Assembly: GCA_964016885.1 (NCBI GenBank)
Contig: OZ024744.1
Span: forward strand, 61,380,001 to 61,444,000
Source: Eledone cirrhosa
Taxonomy: Eukaryota
Reading direction: 5' to 3'
DNA length: 64,000 nucleotides
A program made the translations under genes and the position numbers. How positions within the stretch are numbered: position 1 is the stretch's first letter; every line of letters begins with the position of its first letter. Positions 50,588-63,982 of this stretch are shown in pieces. The notes below the pieces were generated by a model. That model searched no databases. It saw only the letters and a program-made list of their open reading frames with translations, and was not told the DNA's origin.

Positions 50588-52315
50588 TGTTTCTTTTATT
50601 TGCCACTAGGGCATCAAAAGTGGGACAAGTACAAAGGGGGGAGTTTACACAAAAAGGCGTCCTCAATAAGGAGGAGGCAATAACAAAATATAAAAATAAA
50701 ATAAGATATAACAAAAAATAAAATTTTTAACAAAATCCTCAATAGAGAGGAGGCGCCTTGGGGGGTCGCACACACCCCCGAAAAAAGTGTGCAACACTTC
50801 TCCTCAGGAGCACAGAGAAGGGGTGCTCCCTTGGTCTTTCATCTTCCTCACCTATAGTCTGATGTAGAGTGAAGGCCCATTCACACGGGCCATTCTCGCC
50901 ACTTTCACCCATCTTTCATAGAAACGGCTGGGGTGCAGCACCTCTCTCTCCATCCTGATCCTTCTTCCGAAATGATATCGGAAGAAACGGACCAGTTGTT
51001 GGCCAGAGAGAAAGGTGCCTGACCTCAGTCCTTTCAGACGCGTCCACCATACAACCTCTTTCGCCATGGCTATTACGCACAGAAACACCGCCTCTGCTTC
51101 ATCTTTGAAGGGGGGAGGCGGCTTGATCATTACAATAGACTCGGTGGTCAACCGGATCGGTCCCACCCTTGACAGCAGTTGTTCGACATAGCCCCACAGA
51201 TAGGCTACGCTCGAGCAGTGTACCAATGCGTGTGCAACGGTTTCCTCGTCGCACACGCATCTGGGACAGATCTTTTTGGCGGGGTCCCTACCCGGGCGCC
51301 CGTGTCTGTAGAGCCTTTCTCGAACGGGTAAAGCCCCTCGGTAGCACTGCCAGGCCAGGGACTTCTGGAAGTTGTCCATAGGTCCCGGGCTGAATGTCCT
51401 ACCGAACAGGCTGGCCAGTTCGTCCTCCTCCATGTCTAGGGCTTCTCCGAGGGCGTCGTCGCACCTGCTGCGTACCAGCCCTCTATAGAATGTTGCGGTG
51501 GAGTCTCCACTGATAACCGGATCCGCCTGCCAGAGGGCGGTGAGCGCCTGGGCACACTCAGTGTGCCAGGCGCCCAGTTTTCTCGGTCTTTGCTTGACCC
51601 AGGATTGCAGCTCGGTGAGTGAGACGAGTCTGGGAAAGGTTCGTCTCACAAACGAGGCCCACACCGGTTGTCCGGTGAGGAATACGTAGAGGTGCCGTAG
51701 CCTTAATGCGTGTTTACGCATCATTAGCCACGGCATCCCCAGCCCTCCTTTCGAAGGGTGTTGACAGAAGATGGATCTCCTCACCATAGGAGCCCGCCTC
51801 TTCCAAAGGAATTGGAAGAGCGCGCGCTCCATCTTGGTGAGGGTTTCCCTTGGGCAGGGCACTACGGTCAGGCGGTAGTAGATGACGGACGCTATGTAGG
51901 TGTTCGCCACCTCCGCCCGACCTTTCAGGGATAGTTTGCAACTGGCCCACTTCTGGGTCAGTGCAAACACCCTGTTCGTAACCTCCGCCCAGTTTTTCTC
52001 CACCTGGAGGTCCGGTCCGAACCAGACCCCGAGCAACTTCACCGGGCCCTCCGTCCAGCGTCCGACGACGCCATCGGAGGGCATCGGTCTGCCCCTCCAC
52101 GTGCCGAGTTGCAAACCGATCGACTTGTCCCGGTTCAGCTTAGCCCCTGTGAACTTTTCGTACTCCTCCAGTAAGGTGCCGACCGCCTCGATTTCGGAGG
52201 CCGTCGACACCATTACTGTCACGTCATCGGCGTAGGCCGACACCGCTTTCCGCAATCCCGGTTCCAAAGGGATGCCCTGCAACAACTCCAACTTCCGCAG
52301 TAGTGGCTCGAGAGT
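50588..52315 (-). mobile_element. 5'-truncated Tx1-like LINE (second family), copy 2, inside the satellite
   Basis: Identical protein (50852-52291) and identical junctions to copy 1, offset by 4245 bp. Confidence 0.93.
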
Positions 52316-55300
52316 TTATATTGTAAACTATAGAGAACTGTTTATATTGTAAACTATAGATAACTGTTTATATTGTAAACTATAGATAACTGTTTATATT
52401 GTAAACTATAGATAACTGTTTATATTGTAAACTATAGATAACTGTTTATATTGTAAACTATAGATAACTGTTTATATTGTGAAGTATAGATAACTGTTTA
52501 TATTGTAAACTATAGAGAACTGTTTATATTGTAAACTATAGAGAACTGTTTATATTGTAAACTATAGATAACTGTTTATATTGTAAACTATAGATAACTG
52601 TTTATATTGTAAACTATAGATACCTGTTTATATTGTAAACTATAGATACCTGTTTATATTGTAAACTATAGATAACAGTTTATATTGTAAACTATAGATA
52701 ACTGTTTATATTGTAAACTATAGATAACTGTTTATATTGTGAAGTATAGATAACTGTTTATATTGTAAACTATAGATAACTGTTTATATTGTAAACTATA
52801 GAGAACTGTTTATATTGTAAACTATAGATAACTGTTTATATTGTAAACTATAGATAACTGTTTATATTGTAAACTATAGATAACTGTTTATATTGTAAAC
52901 TATAGATAACTGTTTATATTGTAAACTATAGATACCTGTTTATATTGTAAACTATAGATAACTGTTTATATTGTAAACTATAGATAACTGTTTATATTGT
53001 AAACTATAGATAACTGTTTATATCGTGAAGTATAGATAACTGTTTATATTGTAAACTATAGATAACTGTTTATATTGTAAACTATAGAGAACTGTTTATA
53101 TTGTAAACTATAGATAACTGTTTATATTGTAAACTATAGATAACTGTTTATATTGTAAACTATAGATAACTGTTTATATTGTAAACTATAGATACCTGTT
53201 TATATTGTAAACTATAGATAACTGTTTATATTGTAAACTATAGATAACAGTTTCTATTGTAAACTATAGATAACTGTTTATATTGTAAACTATAGATAAC
53301 TGTTTATATTGTGAAGTATAGATAACTGTTTATATTGTAAACTATAGATAACTGTTTATATTGTAAACTATAGATAACTGTTTATATTGTAAACTATAGA
53401 TAACTGTTTATATTGTAAACTATAGATAACAGTTTATATTGTAAACTATAGATAACTGTTTATATTGTAAACTATAGATAACTGTTTATATTGTGAAGTA
53501 TAGATAACTGTTTATATCGTAAACTATAGATACCTGTTTATATTGTAAACTATAGAGAACTGTTTATATTGTAAACTATAGATAACTGTTTATATTGTGA
53601 AGTATAGATAACTGTTTATATTGTAAACTATAGATAACTGTTTATATTGTAAACTATAGATACCTGTTTATATTGTAAACTATAGATAACTGTTTATATT
53701 GTAAACTATAGATAACAGTTTCTATTGTAAACTATAGATAACTGTTTATATTGTAAACTATAGATAACTGTTTATATTGTGAAGTATAGATAACTGTTTA
53801 TATTGTAAACTATAGATAACTGTTTATATTGTAAACTATAGATAACTGTTTATATTGTAAACTATAGATAACTGTTTATATTGTAAACTATAGATAACAG
53901 TTTATATTGTAAACTATAGATAACTGTTTATATTGTGAAGTATAGATAACTGTTTATATTGTAAACTATAGATAACTGTTTATATTGTAAACTATAGAGA
54001 ACTGTTTATATTGTAAACTATAGATAACTGTTTATATTGTAAACTATAGATAACTGTTTATATTGTAAACTATAGATAACTGTTTATATTGTAAACTATA
54101 GATAACTGTTTATATTGTAAACTATAGATACCTGTTTATATTGTAAACTATAGATAACTGTTTATATTGTAAACTATAGATAACAGTTTCTATTGTAAAC
54201 TATAGATAACTGTTTATATTGTAAACTATAGATAACTGTTTATATTGTGAAGTATAGATAACTGTTTATATTGTAAACTATAGATAACTGTTTATATTGT
54301 AAACTATAGATAACTGTTTATATTGTAAACTATAGATAACTGTTTATATTGTAAACTATAGATAACAGTTTATATTGTAAACTATAGATAACTGTTTATA
54401 TTGTAAACTATAGATAACTGTTTATATTGTGAAGTATAGATAACTGTTTATATTGTAAACTATAGATACCTGTTTATATTGTAAACTATAGATAACTGTT
54501 TATATTGTAAACTATAGATAACTGTTTATATTGTAAACTATAGATAACAGTTTATATTGTAAACTATAGAGAATTGTTTATATTGTAAACTATAGATAAC
54601 TGTTTATATTGTAAACTATAGAGAACTGTTTATATTGTAAACTATAGCGAACTGTTTATATTGTAAACTATAGATAACTGTTTATATTGTAAACTATAGA
54701 TAACTGTTGATATTGTAAACTATAGATAACTGTTCATATTGAATATAAATAACTGTTTATATTGTAAACTATAGAGAACTGTTTATATCGTGAAGTATAG
54801 ATAACTGTTTATATTGTAAACTATAGATAACTGTTTATATTGGAAACTATAGATAACTGTTCATATTGTGAACTATAGATACTGTTTATATTGTGAAGTA
54901 TAGATAACTGTTTATATTGTGAAGTATAGATAACTGTTTATATTGTAAACTATAGATAACTGTTCATATTGAATATAGATAACTGTTTATATTGTAAACT
55001 ATAGAGAACTGTTTATATTGTGAAGTATAGATAACTGTTTATATTGTAAACTATAGAGAACTGTTTATATTGTGAAGTATAGATAACTGTTTATATTGTG
55101 AAGTATAGATATCTGTTCATATTGTAAACTATAGATAACTGTTTATATTGTAAACTATAGATAACTGTTTATATTGTAAACTATAGAGAACTGTTTATAT
55201 TGTGAAGTATAGATAACTGTTTATATTGTGAAGTATAGATAACTGTTTATATTGTGAAGTATAGATAACTGTTTATATTGTGAAGTATAGATATCTGTTC

Positions 55301-55889
55301 ATATTGTAAACTATAGATAACTGTTTATATGGTGAAGTATAGATATCTGTTCATATTGTAAACTATAGATAACTGTTTATATTGTGAAGTATAGATATCT
55401 GTTCATATTGTAAACTATAGATAACTGTTTATATTGTGAAGTATAGATATAAGTGAATTATCTTTCCATGTTTAAGCTGCAATTGTCTAACCTAAAACCA
55501 ACACAGTGACCCACAGTGTTTCATTCTTATTCATAGAATCTTGAATTTTCTTATATTTTATTTCTACTTTGTCACAATCAGGACCAGTTATAGTAGACAA
55601 ATCAAAGAACTTTGTTACAACTGTGTGTAATCTATACATATAAAAAATTCTAACAGTTAAGGGGAGGGGGGTTATAGTTTAGTAGGTTTTATTTTATTTT
55701 AATGTGTTGTCAAATATTCCCATAATTTCGGCCACCATATATCGTATGGAATTTTTTCCTAAACGTTATAATAAAAATATAATAATATAATGCTTACAGA
55801 ACGAAAACACAAACATACATAATATATACAAATATAAACACAAAAAGAGAGATAAGAAAAAACAAAAAAAAAGAAGAGACGGGTGGGGC

Positions 55890-56135
55890 AATTCACCACC
55901 AAGTGCGACAATCGACCACACATCACATCACAAGGGTTAACTAAACACTTTGAGGCAAGCCAATATGCTTGTAGCATTGCCATGGGTGATGCCAAGGCTA
56001 AGACGCTCAAATAACTAGGCACCCTCACAGACATTACTTAACACCTCAGTAAGGCAAGCCACCAACGATGACAAGAACTCCACTCTCAGCAGCCTGACTA
56101 CACCAAACGTCCTGAATGCAACAGGATAGAAAAAA
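55890..56135 (-). mobile_element. CRE-clade 3' fragment
   Basis: Homologous to 58590-58825. Reads ...AWLFERLSLGITHGNATSILAS-like with stops. Confidence 0.65.
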
Positions 56136-56849
56136 ATAGAATTATTGGATAATTTGCGAGAATCTTAAAAATGTGGAACACAAAAATGTCAGAAAAACAA
56201 AGGTAAATGACAACTACCATAACTGTTCCGTCTGTTCGTGATGCTGCAAGTACTGCAGATGTCGAGTGGTGGTGGTGGGGGTTTGGTGGGGGGGGGGGCA
56301 TGGAGCTCTGGACTGGGGCACCAAGCAGCATCAGGGGTGAGTGGCTGGTTATCACCAGCCTAGGTGCTAGGCACAACTGCATGTGGGTGGAAGGGAAAGT
56401 GATGGTATGAGTGAGGCCCCATAGTTCACCTACATCAGATATGGAGATGACAGAAGACAAGATAAAAGAGAAGGGGAGCAGGTTGCATGGAGGGGGACCT
56501 CCATGCAACCTGCCCCCCCCCCCCCCCCCCCCCCCTTGTAAACTATAGATAACTTAACTGAGGTGTTAAGTACGAAAGTAGAAAATTAGCAAATAAATAA
56601 ACGAATGAATGGATGAATGTACAAAAAGAAAACAGGGGGGTTGTTCCCAGCGGAATGACCCAAAAGTTGTTATTGTCACTGATGCTGGAGTTGGCTTCCT
56701 CTTGTTAATGGTGGTGGTAGTGATTCCTGGTAAGATGTTGGTGTATACACATGTATGTTGTTGCTGTTGTTGTCACACCCGCCGGCCATCCGCTCCACTA
56801 TCAGGTCTAGGTTCTAACAACTCCAGACCCTCACGAGCTGACTGGGGTT

Positions 56850-58027
56850 AATCGATGGCCAACCAGCTCTCTTCCTGTTGAAGAACTGCTTTGCCTTGCT
56901 GAAGCTCCTCTACACCCTTCGCAGCGCTCCGTACTGCAGCCACGTATCTCTCCTCGCTCACCTCGAAACTTGTATCTGAGCAGCAGCTGATGAGAAATGC
57001 AATGTCAGGTTTGACGACATTGGATGGCAACAGGCCGCTTTACCTGTCAGATATGGCAGCCTTGACCTCCGCTCCCCGATCTCGCTGGCTTTGCTGGTGT
57101 TTCTTTCATCAGTAACCTCATGCCGCATCCTCATCAGCAGGGTTCCCCAAAACACGTGTCTGGACTGAGGCCGCCTGTGAGACGTGGGACTGGCTGGGAC
57201 TTAGCCCAGTAGACGTCCCTCCTCCTTCTCCCCTTGTTGACGTCAAGTCCCCCCAAAGCGTATGGGATGCCATCCAGTGCAGCCTGGCCTCAGACAGGCT
57301 TACGCGCCAGCTTGACCAGCACTGCCTTGCCTGTTTTCGCACAGCCTCCAAACCACACAGTGGTGCCTGGCTCCATGCCCTGCCCTCCTTCTCCACTGGC
57401 ACGCAGCTAGACAACCATAGCCTGCGCATTGGCGTTTCCTTGAGGCTTGGACTTCAGATCTGCCAGCCACACCAATGTCGCTGTGGATCCACCGTGGACT
57501 CTTTCGACCTCCACCCGCTTTTCTGTCGCCACAGTGCCAGCCGCCTTCCATGCCATGCTGCCCATCTTCCTGTTCCACGCTGCCAAACCACTTGCAGCAA
57601 CACTTTCTCCCCGCCGCAACCTGGTGCAGTCTGTAACTAACCCAGGTTCTGCTGCACATCGGGCTGAGGTGGCCAAATTCTCCAAGTACCAGTCGCTCTC
57701 CGACAGGTTCGCGGCCGTGCCCTTGGCAGTGGAGACTTCTGGTGTCTTTGGCCCTAGGGCTACTTCCCTACTCACCACCAGAGACGCTGAGTTGGCCAGC
57801 CGCAGGTGTGAATCTCACAAGTTGGAATGGCTCTTCCTGCGCATCTCCCTTACCATCCTCCGGGAAAACGCTTTCTCCATTCTATCTGCCGGGGCTGAGG
57901 GGAGGCCAGCACGTGGGACCCCATTTGCTCACCATACGGATTAATAGGCAAAGTTATAAACTATTGTTAAAAAAAAAAAAAATTAATTGCTATTTTATCT
58001 ACATGTCAAAGGTTAAATAAAAAAAAT
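56850..58027 (+). mobile_element. CRE-clade non-LTR relic, 5'-truncated and internally deleted
   Basis: QAALPVRYGSLDLRS, SGAWLHALP, LRLGLQICQPHQCRCGSTVD...HPLFC, PLAVETSGVFGP, RISLTILRENA. The 3' end is A-rich. Confidence 0.82.
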
Positions 58028-58589
58028 AGCTGATTAGGGTTAGTGGATTCACAGTTGCAGTAATATGCTTGTATATAAATGTGTAAATTTTAATGTTTTT
58101 TTCTCAATTTATTAAGGTTGAGAATGTAAGTACAAATGTAAACCAAATACATTTATAAATATTTATATATATAAAAAAAAAAATACTGCACCTTTAATTC
58201 CTCTAATCTTAATCAGTATCTGATAAAAGAAAATTTTCTTGCAGATTCTGAATATATCTACATAAACTTTGATACGTAGCTGCGGAACTAATTATATTTC
58301 AATGTTTCCATTTCAATTTGACATGTTCCTTGATATGATAGGTTACTAAAATAAGAAAAAAATCGACATTTAAAAGAAAATATTACTTTTAACAGTAGGG
58401 GCTACTGTACCATTCAGCATTCAGGTAACTTTCGTCTTTACAGTACTGTACTTATGTGCAATCTTGCTGTCCGGAATATTTCAGCCAGTAGGGAACTTAA
58501 ATGGTCTATGATTTTCAGTGGTATGCTATGCTGAGCTCTGAAGGTTGCAATTTTAATCTCTGCATGTAATCGAAAACAACCATCAATTC

Positions 58590-61535
58590 ATAACCAAGTG
58601 CAACAACTGGCCGCACATCACAAGGGTCAACGGAATATTTTGAGGGAAGCCAATATGCTCGCAACATTACCATGGGTGATGACAAGGCTAAGGTGCTGAA
58701 ACAACCAGGCACTCTTATGGGCATCACCTAACACCTCAGTAAGGCGAGCCACCAGCATTGACAAGAACTTCATTGTTAACAGCCCAACTCCACCAAACGT
58801 CTCGAACACTATAGGCTGGAAAAACTGTTTATTAGATAAATCCAGGTATTTCCGAATATTATTCTATTCAGCAATGGAAACAGTGACCCTCGCATTTACC
58901 ATGGCATCCATGATGTGGGAGGGTGCAAAAGAGTCACTAATTGTGGTATCCAAGATGAGACAACTACCTCTTACCCAGGGACTAAGGCTAAGACCACCGG
59001 TCTCTTCCCTTCACTTCTGGATAATCCAACTGGTTCCAGAACTGAGAGGATATTTACCTGAGCTAGGGCCCGCTTAATGATCAGATTTAGCTCAGTGTGG
59101 CATACGAAGTGACCGACATTCAGGTGGCAGGACAAACCATGTAGGCCTGTGGCATCAATCGACCTTCCTCAGTGACATCTCAGACCCCAACAGACATCGG
59201 TTATCACTCAGAATGCAATGGATATGCGGAATTGGTCCAGACTGAGAAGACCATCAATATTGGCCACAGGCAGGACATCAATCCAGTCCCTGAGAACTTT
59301 GCCTTTGTCGAAAGTAAGCAACAGTTAGAAAATTGATCAGAATGATCAAAGAGAGTTAAATGCAGATTATCCCATACTCTCTGCTTCCGTCTATCCTCGT
59401 CAGTATCGGAACTTACAAACCTAGCTCTCTCCACTGTAGTAAAGCTTCATCCATCTCCCTGGTAGAACTAGTCTATATTGGAAAGGAGAGGATGCCGTCC
59501 ACTAAAGAGGAGCAATCATGGATGGAGGAAAGAAAGCAAGGTAGAGGCAAAGATGTGTATTTACACAGACCAATATTTCCAAACCGTTTGGGCAAAGCAG
59601 CCTGGTCATGGGACTCAGGAAAGTTTGAAAATTAAGCTGTCAAAATGTTGGAGAAATGACCAGAATTTGTAAGAGGGACTAACTCTGAGGAAATACAACT
59701 TAGGAATCAACAGGTAATTCCTAAGTACAAAAAAACCTTGGTATGGTTCAATGGCCTCAAGGTTAGCCATCTTAGATCGAAAAATGGATTTGAAGGCTTG
59801 GTCAGTAATTGGGGCTCCAAGGGAGCATCACAGTGATGAAGGAGGAACTGTGATAGAGGGGGACAGACTCTGTAAACAGGTCAACAGTCTGCTGATGTGA
59901 AGCTGGGTGGTTGGAGGGCCAGTGCTTGCATTTGGAACTATTGATATGAAGGCCTCTATGATCCTGTCCTCAATCATCATCTTGGCCGTTGCAAGGACCT
60001 TATCTGAAGGACACCCCAAACAAGCATCATGCAGATACCAGACATTCAAATCCAGGTCAGTTCCCATCTTGGTGATGTCATCAATGTTCAGTACGAAAAG
60101 AGCAGGTCCAAGCGGATCACCTTGTTCAACCCCTGAAGCTGATGGGCCCTCTCCTTTACTGAATGGAGAATGACATCCTGATTGATGGAATTGAAAGCAT
60201 TCCTGAGATCTAGCTTGAGGATAACCTTGCGGGTTTCAGAAGGCAAGTAGGTAAATGCTCTGGTTGCATGAGTGGCAGCCTCTCAACCCAGCTTGGTACC
60301 CACCCCTAGTTGAATTGGGGAAAATTTGGTGGACAGGGTGTCTGAAATCGAGGACAGACATACTTTTACAGTGAGCCATCGCAGTATGCATTCAACTGCT
60401 TTGGGATGGAGGTCACCATTGGGCTTTGTGAAGCCAAACAGTTTATCCCCAAAGAACAGGGGGCGAATACAAGGGAGGACACTCTTGGATGAGGACAAGT
60501 TAACAAACTGGGTGAGGTTCTCCAAAAGCTCAAGGCTGGCATCTCCAAACTACAAGGAGACACCATCCTTGAGGTATTGAGGTTATAGACCATCAATCCA
60601 TGTGCTAGAACCTGCAGGAAAGGATATAATCACCTTCCTGGCGTTATCTGGGGTGAAGACAGGTTGTAAATAACCCAGTGGATCGGGTTAGTGTAAGTGG
60701 TTATCCGGAGAGGCCGGAGGATGTTTCTCCCTCAGACAATTGAGTGAATCAGGAGCGCACAGGGCGAGGGAGGGCAGAGAGGAGAGGGGGCGAACAGCTC
60801 CTTTAATGTCAAATTCATTGAATTTGGCATTGACAGTCTTCTTTAAGTTCGGTGATCATCCATTAATCGGAACTGAGTTGATCACCAAGATAAGAAGAGC
60901 AGTAGTTGGGGTTGAACCAAACACCTCAAACTGCCATTTTAAGGAAGATGTGAGGGATCCGGATTTCGCGTTAATCACTTGCTTAATGTCATTGCTCCCC
61001 CACACATCAGATAGACAGTCCACTCCCAGCTTAAGAAGTTGTACCATGAGGCTGACCCTCATGGTTCACTCCATAGCTGTGAACCTGTGGCAGGGAGGCT
61101 CGTATCAGGATGCAACTTTCTGCACTCAGTCAGATCATGGATGAAAGAACTTCTGCTCAATGCCTGTCTCTGTGGTATGCAGCCTCCTTAACAACATGGA
61201 ACATAGGCTCTTTCTCAGCCCTAAAGAATCCCTCTGCCCTAGCTCCAGTGATGCCTGGCCCTTCTAATCCTGCCTGAATCACCTCTGAACAGCTGTTGGT
61301 TGCTGTACAGCCGACCTTCTGAAATGGGGATATGCCACTGATGATGAATCCAACTGCCAATGCAGACAATTACAAACTATAGAGCACCTTCTAATTTTCT
61401 CCAATCTTGAAGATTCATGCATGCTTAATGATCTTGAAACCATGACACCCAATGGATGGGTGTGGTGTATTGACTTGATGAAAAGAAGAAGAAGCAGTTC
61501 AATTAGGTCTAAAAACATAAAATGAGGATTACCTA
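58590..61535 (-). mobile_element. CRE-clade non-LTR retrotransposon, heavily degenerate
   Basis: RT motifs: FTKPNGDLHPKAV, IQLGVG, LKLDLRNAFNSI, GVEQGDPLGPALF, WYLHDA. RLE motifs: GLSLSPWVRGSCLILDTTISDSFA, FETFGGVG, LSLVITHGNVASI. Confidence 0.82.
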
Positions 61536-61557
61536 AACATACATATATACATACATA

Positions 61558-63982
61558 TCGACCTCTACCAGCAAGCTCTCAAGAGAGATACACATATACC
61601 AGAATGGCTGACATTAGCACAAACAATACTGGTCCCCAAGAACAAAAGACACCCACTTGGCAAAATCTACCGACCCATTGCATGCCAGATCTAATGCATA
61701 AGGTGTATACAACCTGCCTGAGCCTATTTCTCCAAGATCACTGCAACAATAATGACATCATCACAGATGAACAAGCAGCTGGAAAGAAAGGTGTTTGGGG
61801 ATGTGCTGAACAACTCCTAATTAACAAAACTACAATGTCAGAAGTGCGACAACTTAGGAGGAATATGGTTACAGTCTGGCTGGACTACAGGAAAGCTTTT
61901 GATTCTGTTCCCACTCTTGGAGGATAGAGGCCTCTGACTTGCTAAAGTCCCAGACATTATTATCAGAGCCATAGAGAAGCTGTCTTTTTCTTGGGCTACT
62001 ATCCTAAAGTTAAAAGCAGAGAAGGAGAACTCGATTTCCACTGATAAAATAGAATATCACAGGGGTATATTTCAAGAGGACAGTCTCTCTGTGCTGCTAT
62101 TTATCCTGTCATAAACCATTTGTCCTTTTTGCTCAAGGAATGTGAAAGATACATCATTGGCACATAGGAGGACAGAAATACGAACTTAACCCATAATTTC
62201 TTTGTGGATAACCTGAAACTCTAAACCAGTAGCATAAATGGGATGAAGAAAAATCCCAACTTGGTTACAATGTTTCTCAAAGGATATAGAAATGGAGTTT
62301 GGCCAAGATAAATGTTCATATATGATTGTAAAGTGAGGAAAAACTTCAATCAATCTAGCAACATTTGTATCAATGTCCTAACTGTTTCACTGATATCTGA
62401 CGAGGACTGCTGCAGATATCTGGGGATAGATGAGAATATATTCTATAATTGTATTTGTAATAAGGAACACGTAACCAAGGAATATTACACCCAATTAAGA
62501 AAAATATGGTCATCGGAACTCTCTGCACACAGTAAAACAGTGACTCACAATGAGTTTGCTGTGCCTGTCCTAACACCAACGTTTGGAATATTCGAGTGGA
62601 CGATAGATGGAATCTGAGCAATTGATGTTAAAACTCGAAAAATTCTAAACAATACCGGAAACTTCCACATCAACAGTGACATAGACCGCCTCTACTTGAA
62701 AAGTAAGCAGGGAGAAGAGGTCCAATATCAGTCCAGACAACATTTGACTGTCACATCATATCCTTCCGAGAACATTTACAAACCTCGAAGCATAGGAGCC
62801 CATCTATTGAGCAAACCTATCTGCATGAGACAGATAAGATCATGAGAGTTGGATAGGAACTCTTTGAAAGATACTCCTTGCATGAAAATCAAAAACTCAC
62901 ACCTAGGGAAATTGCCAGGAATACTGCAGCGAATTCATGGATGAAAAACTGCATGCTTATCAGCAAAAAATCATGCATGGATATGTTGCCAGGAAGCTCC
63001 AGAGTGAGAGTAATATAGATAAAGAAAGTAGTCTATCTTGGAACAACAACCGCTATATTGGCTCCCACTTTGAAGGATATGCTTTTGCAATCCAAGAACA
63101 GGAAATCAACACAATATACCTGATTCACAAAAGAGATAGGGATGCAGGCAAAACACCTAGATGTGAGAAGTGCAGATGCTGCAGAATTAACATCGAATAA
63201 GTCACCCATGTCATAAGCAGCTGCCCAAAGATGTCATCACAGTACTATCTACCTATGAGGCATGGTGTGGTGGCCAAAACTCTGTACAATGCAATTTATA
63301 GAAAAGATAGCCCTGACAATAAACACGTTAAAAGCTACAGCACTGTGGAAGACATACACATACATAATATGAAAGAGTACTGGTGGAATGTTCCAATAAA
63401 AAACCCCAATAAAATGCAGGTATAACAGACCAGATATAATGATATGGGACAAGGAAAAGAAGGCATGCATGGAGGTGAAAGTTAGCTGCCCAGCAGATGC
63501 CAATATAATATTAAACATTAGCGAAAAGAGAACATCTATGCAGAACTAATGAGAAATTTGCAGATACTCCACCCTGACTATACCTGTGATTATTAGGGCA
63601 CTGGGATATGTTAATAACTGCCTCAGAACAAATCTTGAGAAGCTGGGCTTCACAGAAACATAAAGAACACAACTAGTTAGGAAATTACAAGTACAATCCA
63701 TTAATGGAACAGTAAAAATATGTAAAACATTCCAAACATTTTGCATCTAATAACTGTATGTACACTTATACAGATACAAAACATCTGCACATGCACACAA
63801 AACATCCACATCCACACATACAATAACATACATATCTGCACACACATGCATGCATGCAGACATACATACATATCTACCTAGTTGATGTTGTGTAGATTCC
63901 AATGTGAGAGACTTGTATCTATGTTGGAAACCGACTCTCTCTCAATTGGTAAAAGAATTTGTGAAATTATAAAACCAGAAGA
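61558..63982 (+). mobile_element. RLE family A, longer but degenerate 5'-truncated copy including the RT
   Basis: DEQAAGKKGVWGCAEQLLINK, WLDYRKAFDSVP, GIFQEDSLS and FFVDNLKL, then the same 3' half and 3' UTR as the array units. ACAT-type repeats lie on both sides. Confidence 0.88.

Larger units (their letters stand above)
44993..55449. repeat. 26-bp satellite (ACTGTTTATATTGTAAACTATAGATA)n, roughly 270 monomers in three blocks
   Basis: The 26-bp period was read directly. Blocks are 44993-46342, 48069-50587 and 52314-55449. Monomers are more diverged at the distal end. Confidence 0.98.

Noticed and set aside
46343-52315. Two independent site-specific Tx1 insertions into the satellite
   Set aside because: The identical 5' truncation and identical flanking variant order indicate duplication of a single insertion.
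44993-55449. CRISPR-like array (26-bp partly palindromic repeats with inserts)
   Set aside because: The monomers are head-to-tail with no unique spacers, the inserts are LINE copies, there are no cas genes, and the context is eukaryotic.
58033-58043. Telomeric target (TTAGGGTTAG) after the CRE 3' end
   Set aside because: Only about 1.5 repeats and not directly at the junction, so it is compatible with chance.
515-63746. The many short ORFs in the track (antisense to TE ORFs, or CVCV, HTYI and RERE repeats)
   Set aside because: They are shadow frames of transposon ORFs or microsatellite translations with no recognisable protein features.
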